A DNA stretch of 64,000 nucleotides from contig OZ024745.1 of NCBI GenBank assembly GCA_964016885.1, positions 13,888,001-13,952,000 on the forward strand, read 5' to 3'. Shown one piece after another: positions 1 through 12,974 of this stretch. Every line of letters starts with the position of its first letter. The first letter of the stretch is position 1. The position numbers and the translations under genes are program-made. The notes under the pieces are model-generated. The model ran no database searches. It worked only from the letters and a program-made list of their open reading frames with translations, and was not told the origin of the DNA. The DNA comes from Eledone cirrhosa (Eukaryota).

Positions 1-160
1 CAGCTGTAGAAAACATGCCAAATATGGAACAAACCCATCTAAGAGAGCAATAACTCTGAAGGTATCCAGTCTAAGGATAATTTTCTGTCACCATTCACAA
101 AGACCATGAAGAGGTTTTATAGACATCACCCCTCTTCTTCTGACTCTCATTAAAAATAAT

Positions 161-286
161 ATTTGTTTCTGATTTAGACACAAGGTCAACAATTTGTTTC
201 TGATTTAGACACAAGGTCAACAATTTGTATCTGATTTAGACACAAGGTCAACAATTTGTTTCTGATTTAGACACAAGGTCAACAAT
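161..286. repeat. 31-bp tandem repeat x4 (atttgtttctgatttagacacaaggtcaaca)
   Basis: Directly visible; the unit resembles the end of the adjacent degenerate SINE (~290-450). Confidence 0.9.
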
Positions 287-529
287 TTTTTGTGGGGTTG
301 GGGTGGTGGGGTCTTTACTGATACTTTATTTTATCGACTCCGTAAGGATAAAAAGCAAAGCTAATGTCGCATGGGATTTGAACTCAGAATATAAAGGGAC
401 ACAACACTATGCCAGAAAGTATGTTGTCTGCTACTCTACCTATTCTGCCATTCCAATAATAAGAGAAGAATTATTTTATTATTTTTGAAACTTTATTGTG
501 AAAATGTATTTTCTTTTCCTTATTTTCAG

Positions 530-586
530 AATTATGTTAGTATTTTGGACCTAGAAAAACGTGTTGTGTGTGCACCTGTTTATGAG
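530..586 (+). CDS. SMCR8: SMCR8 homolog, internal coding exon (NYVSILDLEKRVVCAPVYE)
   Basis: Flanked by ttttcag and gtaatg. Splices in frame to five downstream exons. Peptide resembles human SMCR8 RYTSILDLDNKTLRCPLYRG (recalled, not searched). Confidence 0.8.
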
Positions 587-800
587 GTAATGTGCTACAT
601 TATTTATCTGTATTTACAACTTTATTGAAGGAGGACCCTTCAGTTGTGTCAAGGACATGACAACCTCCCTACTGTTCATGATCTACACAATAAACACACC
701 CACTACATGCTGTAAAGGGGTTGCTGTTAAGAAGGGCATCCAACCATAGAAAGCTTGTCAATCTTAAATCTTCTACCTTATCTTAACTTCTTTGCCTTAC

Positions 801-837
<37 letters not shown>

Positions 838-1070
838 TATCATTATCATCATCTTCATCATCATTATCATCATCATCATTTTACATCTACTTTCAATGCT
901 GGCATGAGTTGGTTATTAAGAGTTACATCCTTCTGGAATGGATTAGAAGAAGTACATCTCGCTTGTATGTCCCATTTTTGGCATGGTTTCTATAGCTCGA
1001 TACCCTTTCTAACACCAACCACTTTACAGAGTGTACTAGATGCATTGTATCATGGCACCCGCACTAGGGG
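801..1070 (-). mobile_element. (CAT)n tail plus RTE 3'-end-related short element
   Basis: (cat)n followed by gctggcatgagttgg...ttctatagctcgataccctttctaacaccaacc, similar to the RTE 3' UTRs at 36124 and 38101. Confidence 0.6.
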
Positions 1071-1194
1071 GGGGGGGTCATGTCCTGGGCAGGACTGAAG
1101 AGTCCTCTCAAGGCTTGACATTTCTCCCTGTTTTAAATACTTCACCTTACTCTCTAACTAAACCTTCTTCATTTTATATCTTAATTCCTCCCCT

Positions 1195-1400
1195 TCGTTC
1201 TCTATATTAACTCCTCCCACCTTATTCTCTATCTTAACTCCTCCTTCCTTATTCTCTATCTTAACTCCTCCTTCCTTATTCTCTATCTTAACTCCTCCTT
1301 CCTTATTCTCTATCTTAACTCCTCCTTCCTTATTCTCTATCTTAACTCCTTCTCCTTACTCCCATTATTAACTCCCCCTCTTTATTCTCTATATTAACTC
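1195..1400. repeat. 27-bp pyrimidine-rich minisatellite (cttattctctatcttaactcctccttc)
   Basis: Visible tandem copies. Confidence 0.85.
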
Positions 1401-1507
1401 TCCCTACACACTCTCCCCTGACTCCTCCTCTTTATTCTATAGCCCCTCCTCTGTCTTTAGTTCTATTTTACATAGTTTTTACTCTGCTTCACATTGAAAT
1501 GTTTCTA

Positions 1508-1699
1508 ATAATTGTTTCTACTTTTGGCACAAGGCCAGCAATTACCCAGTGCATTACTGGTACTTTATTTTATCGACCCCATAAGGATGAAAGGCAAAGT
1601 TAACTTTAGCGGGATTTGAACTCAGATCATAAAGGGGCGTAACTCTGTGCTGCAAAGCATAGCGTCTGACCCTCTACCGATACTGCCAATCCAACGCCC
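1508..1699 (-). mobile_element. tRNA-derived SINE, family A
   Basis: Minus strand has an A-box-like tggcagtatcggtag and B-box gagttcaaatccc; similar copies at 13938, 14185, 19225, 21549, 30037, 47054. Confidence 0.85.
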
Positions 1700-1757
1700 A
1701 AATGTTTCTAATAATATGACTGAGAGATAAAGTCTATATTTTTGTTCTATTCTCCAG

Positions 1758-1837
1758 GGTAAAATAGTGAATTCTTTGCTCCGACAGTTACAGCTTTTCC
1801 AGAACAATCCTGCTGCTTATCTTGCCTACATACACAG
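1758..1837 (+). CDS. SMCR8: SMCR8 homolog exon (GKIVNSLLRQLQLFQNNPAAYLAYIH)
   Basis: ctccag acceptor, gtactg donor, phase 0 to 2, open frame. Confidence 0.8.
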
Positions 1838-1945
1838 GTACTGATCATAGCTTTTCTCTGACTTTTCTGGGGGTGGGAGGTTTGTTTTATTTCTATATTC
1901 CTGCTGCCTACCATGACGACATGAAGGGTGTTTTTAGTTAACATT

Positions 1946-2775
1946 TGTACAGTGGGACAACATTTGACCCTGTATAGTGGGACAATATATTTGACCCTGT
2001 ATAGTGGGCCAACACATTTGACCCTGTATAGTGGGACAATATATTTGACCCTGTACAGTGGGACAACACATTTGACCCTGTACAGTGGGACAATACATTT
2101 GACCATGTACAGTGGGACAACACATTTGACCCTGTATAGTGGGACAATACATTTGACCCTGTACAGTGGGACAATATATTTGACCCTGTATAGTGGGACA
2201 ATACATTTGACCCTGTATAGTGGGACAATATATTTGACCCTGTATAGTGGGACAATATATTTGACCCTGTACAGTGGGACAACACATTTGACCCTGTATA
2301 GCGGGCCAATACATTTGACCCTGTATAGTGGGACAATACATTTGACCCTGTATAGTGGGACAATACATTTTACCCTGTATAGTGGGACAATATATTTGAC
2401 CCTGTACAGTGGGACAACACATTTGACCCTGTATAGTGGGCCAATACATTTGACCCTGTACAGTGGGACAACACATTTGACCCTGTATAGTGGGACAATA
2501 TATTTGACCCTGTATAGTGGGTCAACACATTTGATCCTGTATAGTGGGACAATATATTTGACCCTGTACAGTGGGACAACACATTTGACCCTGTACAGTG
2601 GGACAATATATTTGACCTTGTATAGTGGGAAAACACATTTGACCCTGTGTAGTGGGACAACACATTTGACCCTGTATAGTGGGACAACACATTTGACCCT
2701 GTATAGTAGGCCAACACATTTGACCCTATATAGTGGGACAATACATTTGACCCTGTACAATGGGACAACACATTT
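1946..2775. repeat. 27-bp minisatellite, ~31 copies (gtgggacaatatatttgaccctgtata)
   Basis: Visible tandem array inside an SMCR8 intron; explains the 9-aa periodic ORFs. Confidence 0.95.
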
Positions 2776-2816
2776 TGCTATGTGGAAATTGATGGTGGTG
2801 TTAACATTGATACAGT

Positions 2817-3312
2817 GGGACAGTAGACTTTACCATGTGGACATTTGTATATAGGGACAGTAGACTTTACCATGTGGACATTTGTATATAGAGACGGTAG
2901 ACTTTACCATGTGGACATTTGTATATAGGGACAGTAGACTTTACCATGTGGACATTTGTATATAGGGACAGTAGACTTTACCATGTGGACATTTGTATAT
3001 AGGGACAGTAGACTTTACCATGTGGACATTTGTATATAGGGACAGTAGACTTTACCATGTGGACATTTGTATATAGAGACAGTAGACTTTACCATGAGGA
3101 CATTTGTATATAGGGACGGTAGACTTTACCATAAGGACATTTGTATATAGAGACAGTAGACTTTACCATAAGGACATTTGTATATAGGGACAGTAGACTT
3201 TACCATGTGGACATTTGTATATAGAGACAGTAGACTTTACCATGTGGACATTTGTATATAAGGACAGTAGACTTTACCATGTGGACATTTGTATATAGGG
3301 ACAGTAGACTTT
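2817..3312. repeat. 37-bp minisatellite, ~13 copies (gggacagtagactttaccatgtggacatttgtatata)
   Basis: Visible tandem array. Confidence 0.95.
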
Positions 3313-3890
3313 ACACACATAAAGTGGATGCACCATGGTGGAAGGATCAAGAAGGTTCTATGTTTGATCCCACTGTGTCTTTTATCATAGCCTTGGTTGA
3401 CAGAAACTGTATAGATACCTATCAGATGGACAGTGCCTGTAATTGAAAAGGGGTTACATTTGTCACACACTGTGTCACTGACTGCCTGAGGACTACATTA
3501 AGTGTACATGTGTGTGTGGAATACTCAACCACTTACACAAAAGATTAAAAACAAAATATCAAATACGGGACATGACGGATGCCTAAAAAATTTGTCCAGT
3601 TCTAAAATGTCCTTAAAATAAACACTGGAATAGCAAGAGAGTCCTGAGCAGAAGTGGTGAGAGTTGATCTCAGGGAGTTGAACCTCACAGAGGGGATAAT
3701 GAAGGAACACACCAAGTAGAGGAAAGATGTACTGGAAAGGACCCATTCAACCTATTGGAAAACAGAAGTAAAGTGATGATGATGATGATATCTTTTTTAT
3801 AAATAACATTGTAAACTTTAAAAAAATGTAATTGTCATAATTACAATTCTATGTATTTTAATAATTAATTCTTTGTTTATTTCCCTTCAG

Positions 3891-3974
3891 TTATTTCCAA
3901 GAGATTTCTTCAACTGCCTTCCTCTATTACCATTCTTTCTGCATGACTTCAGCAAATCCAAATGCATCTGCAAG
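3891..3974 (+). CDS. SMCR8: SMCR8 homolog exon (SYFQEISSTAFLYYHSFCMTSANPNASA)
   Basis: cttcag acceptor, gtatga donor, phase 2 to 2; AFLY motif as in the SMCR8 C-terminus. Confidence 0.8.
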
Positions 3975-4008
3975 GTATGACAGATTTTCCTTTAACACAT
4001 TTTTTAAA

Positions 4009-4275
4009 CCAGTTAACATGTAGCTACCATTACTTCCCCCAGTACTAACATGTAGCTACCATTACTTCTCCCAGTACTAACATGTAGCTACCATTACTTC
4101 CCCCAGTACTATCTCCAGCTACCATTACTTCCCCCAGTACTATCTCCCGCTACCATTACCCCCCTCCCAGTACTATCTCCAGCTACCATTACCCCCCACC
4201 CCGTACTATCTCTAGCTACTATTACTCCCCCCCCCCCCCCCCGCCCCTCAGTACTATCTCTAGCTGCCATTACAC
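4009..4275. repeat. ~32-bp minisatellite (ccagtactaacatgtagctaccattacttccc)
   Basis: Visible tandem copies with variable C-runs. Confidence 0.85.
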
Positions 4276-4849
4276 TCTGTTATTCCCACTAACATAGTAC
4301 TCTCTTGTCGCACCTCTCTGCAGTGCTAGACTTACCTATAAGCTCAAGGCCATACACCCTCAACAGCCTCATTTAAAAAAAAAATATTTAGCATTTAAAC
4401 CGGCCGTATCTGACCAGAATTCTCTCACTTCTTTCTGTTCAAACCAGCCGCTCATACTGACATTAAGGTATTGTTCTCAAAATAAATATCAAAATCTCAT
4501 AGATTCAATATTATGTGAGATAATCATGTGAGGTAAAGCCTTTACCATGAAAATACAATAGTAAATATAGAGTAATGTAAATGTTAAAGGGTTTAAAGAT
4601 GATGATGCATGTAGGGCTGGATTTATTGAGGAGCAGAGAAAGTAAATGCCCTGGGCACCCCTTGTCAAACAGAGACCCCTCTAGGAACTGCCCAGGCCAC
4701 CCAAGGTCTAAATATGGTCCTGTGTAATCTACTATGTTGTATAAGACTTGATAGTAATTGTATTATCTACTCTTTCCAATCATCTAATACCTCCCACTTC
4801 AATCTCCAAACTCTTACTGGAACGTTTTAATTTCTGTTTCTTTCAAAAG

Positions 4850-4949
4850 CTACATTGGTCTCGACAGATTAGCACGAGAATTTCGGGACACATCACAACA
4901 GTTTCTAAAAACTTGCAATATTGTTCAAGATGATCGGAAAATTATTGAG
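4850..4949 (+). CDS. SMCR8: SMCR8 homolog exon (SYIGLDRLAREFRDTSQQFLKTCNIVQDDRKIIE)
   Basis: Pyrimidine tract plus aaag acceptor, gtgtgt donor, phase 2 to 0; resembles human FLKLTLGLVNEDVRVVQ. Confidence 0.75.
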
Positions 4950-5523
4950 GTGTGTTTGTTTTTTTTTCTATTTAACTTTCCAGTTTGTTTCATATTTCAA
5001 TTGTGTGTATCTGGTTTAGAATTGGTTCACTGTATCACTGCATGTTGTCTGAGGTGACTAAAAGGATTGGTGCCAGCTGTAAATCATTGCCTCAAAAAGG
5101 ACTCTATGATCAAGACATGGGTGTTTGTTAATCAAGGCGCAGCCCTCTGCCCTCTCCTGTTTACTATATATAGTTCTATAGACTATAACAGAGTAGTTTA
5201 AGACTGGTTGTCCATGGAAACTTCTGGACCGAGGCAGGGTTACTGCTCTCCCAGACAGGTTAGCAGGGATCTGTGTCATGCTTATGTTTGGTTTCACATT
5301 CTACAGAGTGCACAGGAGAGGTTGCCATATCTGTGACACAACTGAGGGTCCTCCCAACCCTTTGTTTGACAAGCTTTCTAAACATATCTATTCATATTTA
5401 AATTTAAACTTTCCATCTTAATTTTGTGTAAGAAAATGTTATGTTTCAAACACCAGCCTATGGATAAACATGTTTAGGTATTGTCTTTAATTAGAACTCT
5501 GGTAACAAAAGTTAAAAATTACT

Positions 5524-5684
5524 AAGATATTGAACGGTAGATAAATTATAAGATATTGAACAGTAGATAAATTATAAGATATTGAACAGTAGATAAATTA
5601 TAAGATATTGAACAGTAGATAAATTACTAAGATATTGAACAGTAGATAAATTATAAGATATTGAACAGTAGATAAATTATAAGA
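5524..5684. repeat. 26-bp minisatellite x6 (aagatattgaacagtagataaattat)
   Basis: Visible tandem copies. Confidence 0.9.
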
Positions 5685-5831
5685 AAGTTTGTTACATTAT
5701 GAAATCTTTTGAAATTCTTGAATATTTTCAAAATCATTTGAAAACCATAGGCAGTCTTTTACTAGGAATATGGTCACATAAGAATTAAAGAAATAAAACA
5801 GAAGGTAATATGTTTGTGCCTTTTGTTTCAG

Positions 5832-5904
5832 TTCCTTGCTAGCTTAATTTTAAAACAAGTTCTGGAGGAAGCACAAGAGAAGGGAAATTGGATTGGAAAT
5901 AAAG
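5832..5904 (+). CDS. SMCR8: SMCR8 homolog exon (FLASLILKQVLEEAQEKGNWIGNK)
   Basis: tttcag acceptor, gtaaag donor, phase 0 to 1; resembles human YLAELLK. Confidence 0.75.
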
Positions 5905-6366
5905 GTAAAGTGCTTTTTTTTTTATGTTTGTATATTCACTTACTGAGTATAGCATCAATGCCATGTATGTATAACTCTTTTGAATTGCATAGCAGGTAAA
6001 GTAGTGATCCATAGTTTAGTTTCCTTCCCTACATTCACAGGTCACCTAACCAGTCCTGTAACCCCATCTGATCAAAGTAGCTTTTATTTGCCCCATATTT
6101 ATTCTCAAGCAGTTGAGTGCCTTCTGAACAAGATCAACTGGAAAGTAGCCACAAAGTAAATTGGCTACACATTCCCCCCTTACAATATATTTCTTCTTTA
6201 TCTGCTACACAACTAATGCAACTCAAAAGTTTTGCAGACTTCTAACAATATATTTAAATTTTTAATTTAAATCTTTGAATCTATTTGCTAACTTCATGAT
6301 CAATTTACTAAAGAATGCTATTTAATAAAATATTTGGTTTTAAAACATATTTTCTTTATGTTGCAG

Positions 6367-6425
6367 ATGGTTCTATTTGCTCATTCCATGTCTCCTACAA
6401 ACCAAGTTGTACGCGGAAATGCTGA
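6367..6425 (+). CDS. SMCR8: SMCR8 homolog terminal coding exon (DGSICSFHVSYKPSCTRKC*)
   Basis: ttgcag acceptor, phase-compatible with the previous exon, TGA at 6423-6425. Confidence 0.7.
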
Positions 6426-6759
6426 CAACACACATTGACCTAAAACCTTTTATATGCATCTGCAATGCCTCGATGACCTTTCTCCCTATCTGCTTCAATG
6501 ATTGGATTAACGCAATTATTTAACAAATGTAAAAATAAATTAAATAAATAAATATAAGATAAATAAATTCTTCATTTCTAAATTTGACCAACAAATGATT
6601 AAGTGAAAAAATATAGCACAGAAAGAAAGATGGAGTAATTGGATTTAGATGAAAATGAAGAAGAGACCAACACAATGATACTGCTACAGCTACACCTGTC
6701 ATCAATTATGACACTAACTTGTTATCTACTATTGTGTCAAAGACATGATAACCTCTCTT

Positions 6760-7310
6760 GTACACTTGGTAGAATGTGAGGCTGTATATAAGTGAGATGC
6801 AGATACCTGGCCTGTCTCAGAGATCAGTAGCCCTGCTTCAGTTCTGACTTGGTATGTGTACACCCATCCAACTGTTGTTAGCAGGTAAAGAAGATGTCAA
6901 AACGATGATGATAATATATGCAGAAGCTGAAGAGAAATGAAGCAAACATGCTGCGATGGATGTGCAATGTTAATGTGTGAGAATGACAAAGCATGGAGGA
7001 ACTGAGGAAGAAACTGGGTTTAAGAGAATCAGAAGTAGTGTGCAGGAGAGAAGACTGTGTTGATATGGACATGTGATGCACATGGATGATGATCACTGGT
7101 TGAAGAAGAGCCAAGTAATCCCAGTGGAGGGACACCTTGGTAAAGGGAGACCAAGGAAGACCTGGATGGAAGTGGTGAGAGCTGATCTCAGATTACTACA
7201 CTAAAGCTCATGGAGGAGATGACAAAGGAATGTGACAAGTGGAGAGATGCTGTACTGACGAGGACTCGCCCAACCCATGCAAGCATGAAACAACTAACAT
7301 CAAATGATGG
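6760..7310 (+). mobile_element. Old degenerate RTE LINE 3' fragment
   Basis: Remnants of RNEANMLRWMCN...YGHVMHM...GRPRKTW, matching the RTE ORF C-terminus at 46200-46450. Confidence 0.75.
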
Positions 7311-8394
7311 TATGAGGTCACTACGAGAGACTATCAGAGAATGTAAAGGTTCTAGTGGGTTGACAATGAGTTGTAACTATTGAAAGCAGATTATTGTTCA
7401 TAACTTGATAAAGTTATAATTTGTGCAGGTTGATATGTGTGAGTCCCAGGTTCAATTGAGGGTAACCACAGTAAGATACTCAATACATTAGTAGAGTGTA
7501 AACATCAAATTTAATAAAGAAATGACTTCTACAGGACTAGAACTGTTCTATTAAAAAGAAATCGGGCTTTCCTGATGATTTCATTTGAATGAAACAGTTC
7601 TAGTCCTGGAGAAGTCATTTCTATATTAAACATGATATAATCATCTCAACCACTGACTAAAACAAGATTGATTTTTTTTCCCGTAAACATTTACTTTTGA
7701 TTCAGGAGTTTACAAAATTTGTAAAAAATGTCAAAGTTACATTTTTCAATAAAATAGAATAAGATGTATCAATAACAACATATGAAGATTGAGATAGGTG
7801 GTACCTAGCATGATCATTATCACTGTTTAATGTCCATTTTTCCATGCTAGCATGGGTTAGACAAGTTGTCCCATTGTGAGATAGGCCAGGTCAGTTGCCG
7901 ATGTCTTCATACAGAATTGATTTTAGCTTGGTTTCTACATTTACAGTGTTCAATGGGCGTTTTTTGTAGTGACACCACCTATACAACCCACTTTACAGTG
8001 TATTCTGGGAACTTTTAGTTGTGATAGCTACATGACCACTTCACAGTGTGGACTGGGAACTTTTTGTGGTATTAACCATAATATAGTATTACTTGTGTAA
8101 TCTGATCAAGTATAAATATAGATTATTCATGCATACAATTGTAGTGACATCCTTATCAGCTACACTTGAGTTTTATTTCACTTGTGTTTACACCCAACGC
8201 ACTCTACTTCTTCTCCTACTTATTCCTGGGAGGGTTGTTGGGGACAGAGTCCTCAAATACTCCTTCCAGCAGGTCCTCCCCCACCAAAAAAGACAACTTA
8301 AGACCTTTATTTTTAATGTGATGCAGTCATAGTACTGTATTGTACTTTTCAAGAATGTCTTGCTAATTTAGTTTTATGCAATACACCATATGAG

Positions 8395-9432
8395 ATGTCA
8401 TCTGGTGTACCACAGGGATCTGTTCTTGGCCCCCTTTTGTTTGTGGCATATATTAATGACATAGATGCCAACTTAAAGAATGCCACGGTACTAAAGTACG
8501 CAGATGACATCAAGCTGTACCTTGACATAAAAAGGACAGATCCTGAACACTATAGATCTTGCTTGCAGTCTGACCTGGACACAATGCAACAATGGATCTC
8601 AGACTGGCAACTCAAGCTAGCTGTGGACAAGTGCACCACCATGCATTTTGGGAGTAAAAACCCAGCGTCCACATACTCCCTCCACAGCACTAATATCAAG
8701 AAGTCTTCTTGTGAACGTGACCTGGGCATTACGGTCAGCAGCGATTTGCGTTGGACGAAGCTCGTCTCTAAAATTGTCAAGAGGGCCGAGGGTGTCTAAG
8801 CATCACTCAGCAAGACCTTTGTCAGCCGCTCTCCAGATATCTATTTAAGGCTGTATACAGCTATGGTGCGACCACACTTAGAATTTGCATCACCAGTCTG
8901 GAACCCCCTAACTTGCTCAGAACATTGACCGCCTGGAAACTGTTCAGAGACGTGCAACCAAGCGAATACCCTCCATCAGGCATCTACCATACTCTGAGCG
9001 CCTTGCTTCCCTGGGCATGGATACATTGAAGCTCCAACGCCTGGCAACTGACTTGGTAAACACCCACAAAATTGTTAACCATCTTGCCAACAACAACCCT
9101 GAGTACCTTTTTGATTTCCATGTGTCTAACACACGTGGACATGCTCACAAAGTAAGAAAACAGCAGAGTTCCCATGACTTTCGGAAACATTTTTTCACGC
9201 TCGGAGTTGCTGAAGCATGGAACAAACTACCTGCATCAGTTGTTAGCTGTCGAGACACTGCATCCTATAAGGCCTCCATGCTTCCCGAGATCTGCCAACA
9301 CTACAGCTAACACATACACACATGTACTTCCCTGACATTTGTGTATTATTCTATGTACTATACATACACCTTTGACGAGTTGTAGTGCACCTGAGCACTT
9401 TACACAATAATTTCATTATTATTATTATTATT
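8395..9432 (+). mobile_element. 5'-truncated CR1-like LINE, RT fragment with stop and frameshift, (TTA)n tail
   Basis: SGVPQGSVLGPLLF...YADD...ERDLG, TRGH..K, FRKHFF; its 3' end recurs at ~62090-62292 (+) and ~32340-32410 (-). Confidence 0.92.
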
Positions 9433-12400
9433 AAGAGTTCAATGAGAAGATTAACTGTCTTTCAATAGTCTGGAATATCTGAACAAGAATTGACTGCAAT
9501 ACATCTCATTTAAGAAAGAAACTGACCTTGTTTAATCAAAAGAAATTAAAATGACTAAAGTGCTCCTATTCACTTTAACTGAAACATAGTCTCATAACAA
9601 CTAAACTACTTCAAAATAGTACACACTGCATCAGTATGCATCCAGAGATCAACTAACAAGAATGATTCAGTAAAAGAAAGTTTAGTCATGTGAGGAGTAC
9701 AGCATATGGCAGCTGGCTGTTCCAACCCACACAGCTCCTTAACAATAAAATTACAGCTCTGACCACAAATGTCAAAATACATCAACAACACATTATCTGC
9801 AAAGATCTTTTAAAGATATTGTTATCTCTCTCTCTCTTTCTAACTTAATTTGACAAAATGAAATACTCTCTGCCACACATGGTTCAAATACTGAGCAGAG
9901 TTGCCAATTACTTCAAGTAAATAGCCAGAAATTTAATGTGTATAAAAGTTCACTTTGATTTGTGTTTGGACCTGAGATGTTCTGGTTACATGATCCGATG
10001 CTCACAGATTGAACATATTTGAATTGAAAGACTTATAGGCTGAACCACCACAGTATTCAATATTTTGATTCCATGCTTTATATGCCATTATCTATAACAC
10101 CGACAGTTGCCTGGGAACTAAGCCATAGAAAAATGAACCATGAACATCCTCCCCGAGACCATGGACATTGATGGATGATGGGATGGAAACATGTGACACA
10201 TGATCAACACAAGTGACAGTTGCCATTGATTGTTGATGTATGATCACCACCATCATCATCAGCTAACAAAGAATTCAGAATGATAAAAAAAAAAACATGA
10301 ATTTTAATTATTTTTTATTGACATTTTCATTTAAAATTTACTTTTAAAAAAAAAAGAAAAAGAAAAAAATATCATATATATATATATATGTTATAGTTTT
10401 CATTCAAGATAAAAGACTTGACAAGTTTGTACAAGCAGTCTACTATTTCTTGTGACTGAGGAAATAATTTCTTGTAAAGGACAGAAGTTTCTTATTACTA
10501 GCATTTGTTGATTTTGTTTTATTTTCTTATTGGAACGGTATAACTTTCATGCAAGCAAAGTTGTGTGGACATTTTTTTTTTTTGTTATTTATTTATTAAA
10601 AAATAAGTTACTTTCAACATAGTAAATTATTTCAACAAACTTTCATAAACACAGACATGCAAAATTACCTCATGTATATTAAACCTTAATTTCTGTTAGC
10701 GTTTTCACAACTGATTGAGTTTAGAATATAATGTAAAAATTAGGAATGAATATACTGTATATACTCATGTACAAGCCACACATTTTCCCAAGAAAATTTT
10801 GTGAAAAAGCAGCATGTGACTTATCAACTGAACCTACAAAACCTCAATTTAATCCTTTAGCTACCAACCCGGCTAAAACCAGCTCTGATTCTATGAAATA
10901 AAACCACCCATATTAAAGTCTTTCAACATTAAGTTACTATCTTAATAATGAAATAATTAATAATCTTAGTAAATCCCTCAAAATTCTCAATTTAAAATAG
11001 GTAGGGTGTCATTGTAAATGTGTTTATAGTGGTGTGATTTATCAACTGGACCTACAAGACCTCAATTTAAAATGGAGATGTGGGTCATTGTAAATGTGTT
11101 TATAGTGGAGGTGTGACTTCTCTATTGGCAAAACATGTATTACTACATACGGTAAATTCTTCAAATTTATAAAATTTGGATCCATTGCCAAATTGGAAAT
11201 AAAATAATTTATCACTATTTTTACAAGATTAAAACATCCCAACAATGTTACAGAAACTTGCTTTTTCAAAATTTGTAATATATATATTTATATATAAAGT
11301 AGAATTAGTTTAGTTTTCTTCCTGTAGTAGAACTAAAGAAAAAAAATGACTTCATGACAAATAATAACTAGAATATTGGTAAATATTTGTTTATACTATA
11401 TAGGTGGAGGAGGAAATTGGTTGATTTTATCAAAATGTACATTCTTTTGTTCTTAACCAAGATACAACAAAAAACAAGTGAAATTGTGCTGATATTAGAG
11501 AGCTAATAAAATGTTAAGATTTCTGACCAAAATTCTTCTGAAAAGATACTAAAACATCTCGTAGACTATTTGCATAGAAATGTTACAATTATTCTAAGAC
11601 ACAAAGAATCTTGCTAACAACTCAAATATAATTCTGATTTCACCAACAGTTAGGTAATCAGAAGAGCTAACATTGGCACCACAAATAAGTATAAAATAAT
11701 AACTGGAGATATTTTATCATTATGGAGATAATAGTAGAATTTGGTTAATTCAGTTGTTTCAAAGCATAGAGGCTTTATACAGAAATTGTTCATTTCACAT
11801 TGCTCCAGTATGCTCAGCTGAAAATGGGTACCAGCAACTGCTAGAGGTTTAACCCTATAATGGAATGGTGCCCTGTCCAGTGGGGTCTTGTACTCTGTTG
11901 CTTCATGCCATGGAAACTGAGATAAGCCTCTGGGCTCGAGACAGTCTAACAGATTAACATCATGTTGAGAAATCACACATGAAATGTTTGAATTTATAAT
12001 TAAAAATGCCTTAATTAAGAAAACATAAAAATCAGTTTTTCATTGTGCTGGCATGGGTTGGACAAGTTATGATCTGAGTTAATTCCTGTTTGGAGTTGCT
12101 GCCCTCAAACATAGCTCAAAACAAACCATGTCTTACACATACATTACAATTTTTGGAATAGTTACTGTGACTGGATGCCCTTCTTTCTATCAATCACTTA
12201 GAGTGTACTGGGTACATATTGTGGCTCTAGTCTAAAGCCTGATCTCAAGCCAGGAGGCTCGTCTGATTGGTGCTTATCCCGATTTTGTGGTATGAAGCAA
12301 ATGAGAGTATAAGACTTCCCCTTGGACAGGGCGCCAGTCCATCGCAGGTTGATTGTGGCACCAACATTAAATATCAATGATACTGTATTGAATATGGCAT

Positions 12401-12762
12401 AATTTATGTGATGATGGTTCACCCTGTACTAAATCATTGGATCAACTGGTAAATATTCAAATCAGAAATACACTGGAATAGTTTCTCCTTGCTTCAGGAA
12501 CAAAGAACACTTCAAATCAGTAGAGTAAGACATTTTAGTGTTGCCACTGCTTATAGCTGTGAAGTAGTCTACCATTGGTGTACTTATAGTGACCTCAGCC
12601 ACTGAGAACACTTATGGTCACTGACACTACAGAATATGAACTGTTGACCTTCTAGTTAGTTGTCTGATACTGTGTCGACCAGGTCATTCACACTTTGTGA
12701 GTATGTATATATATATCACATAAGAAACGAAGAATCAGTGGTGCGACGAATTAAAATTTATT

Positions 12763-12859
12763 AGACATATTACAATCGTTTCTCTGGTGACCAGCTCGAG
12801 GCACGATCAATGCGATGATCGAACCTGACTCTGAAATAGCAAGATCCTCAGATACGTCT
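12763..12859 (-). ncRNA. Type I hammerhead ribozyme motif with long stem II
   Basis: AGACGTAT-CTGAGGA-(~60 nt)-GAAAC-GATT-GTA-ATATGTCT; 8-bp stem I, GUA cleavage triplet. Confidence 0.65.
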
Positions 12860-12877
12860 TGATTTTTCGAAGAATCG

Positions 12878-12974
12878 AGACGTATCTGAGGATCTTGCAA
12901 TTTCAGAGTCAGGTTCGATCATCACATTGATCGTGCCTCGAGCTGGTCACCAGAGAAACGATTCTAATATGTCT
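12878..12974 (+). ncRNA. Type I hammerhead motif with long stem II; stem III mutated (GTA to CTA)
   Basis: Inverted copy of 12763-12859. Confidence 0.5.

Noticed and set aside
1747-2854. Periodic 9-aa ORFs (LTLYSGTIY / YRVKCIVPL)
   Set aside because: 27-bp minisatellite inside an SMCR8 intron; open in several frames, no splice support
2817-3312. 37-bp repeat array as a possible CRISPR
   Set aside because: Head-to-tail units with no unique spacers; eukaryotic context; no cas genes
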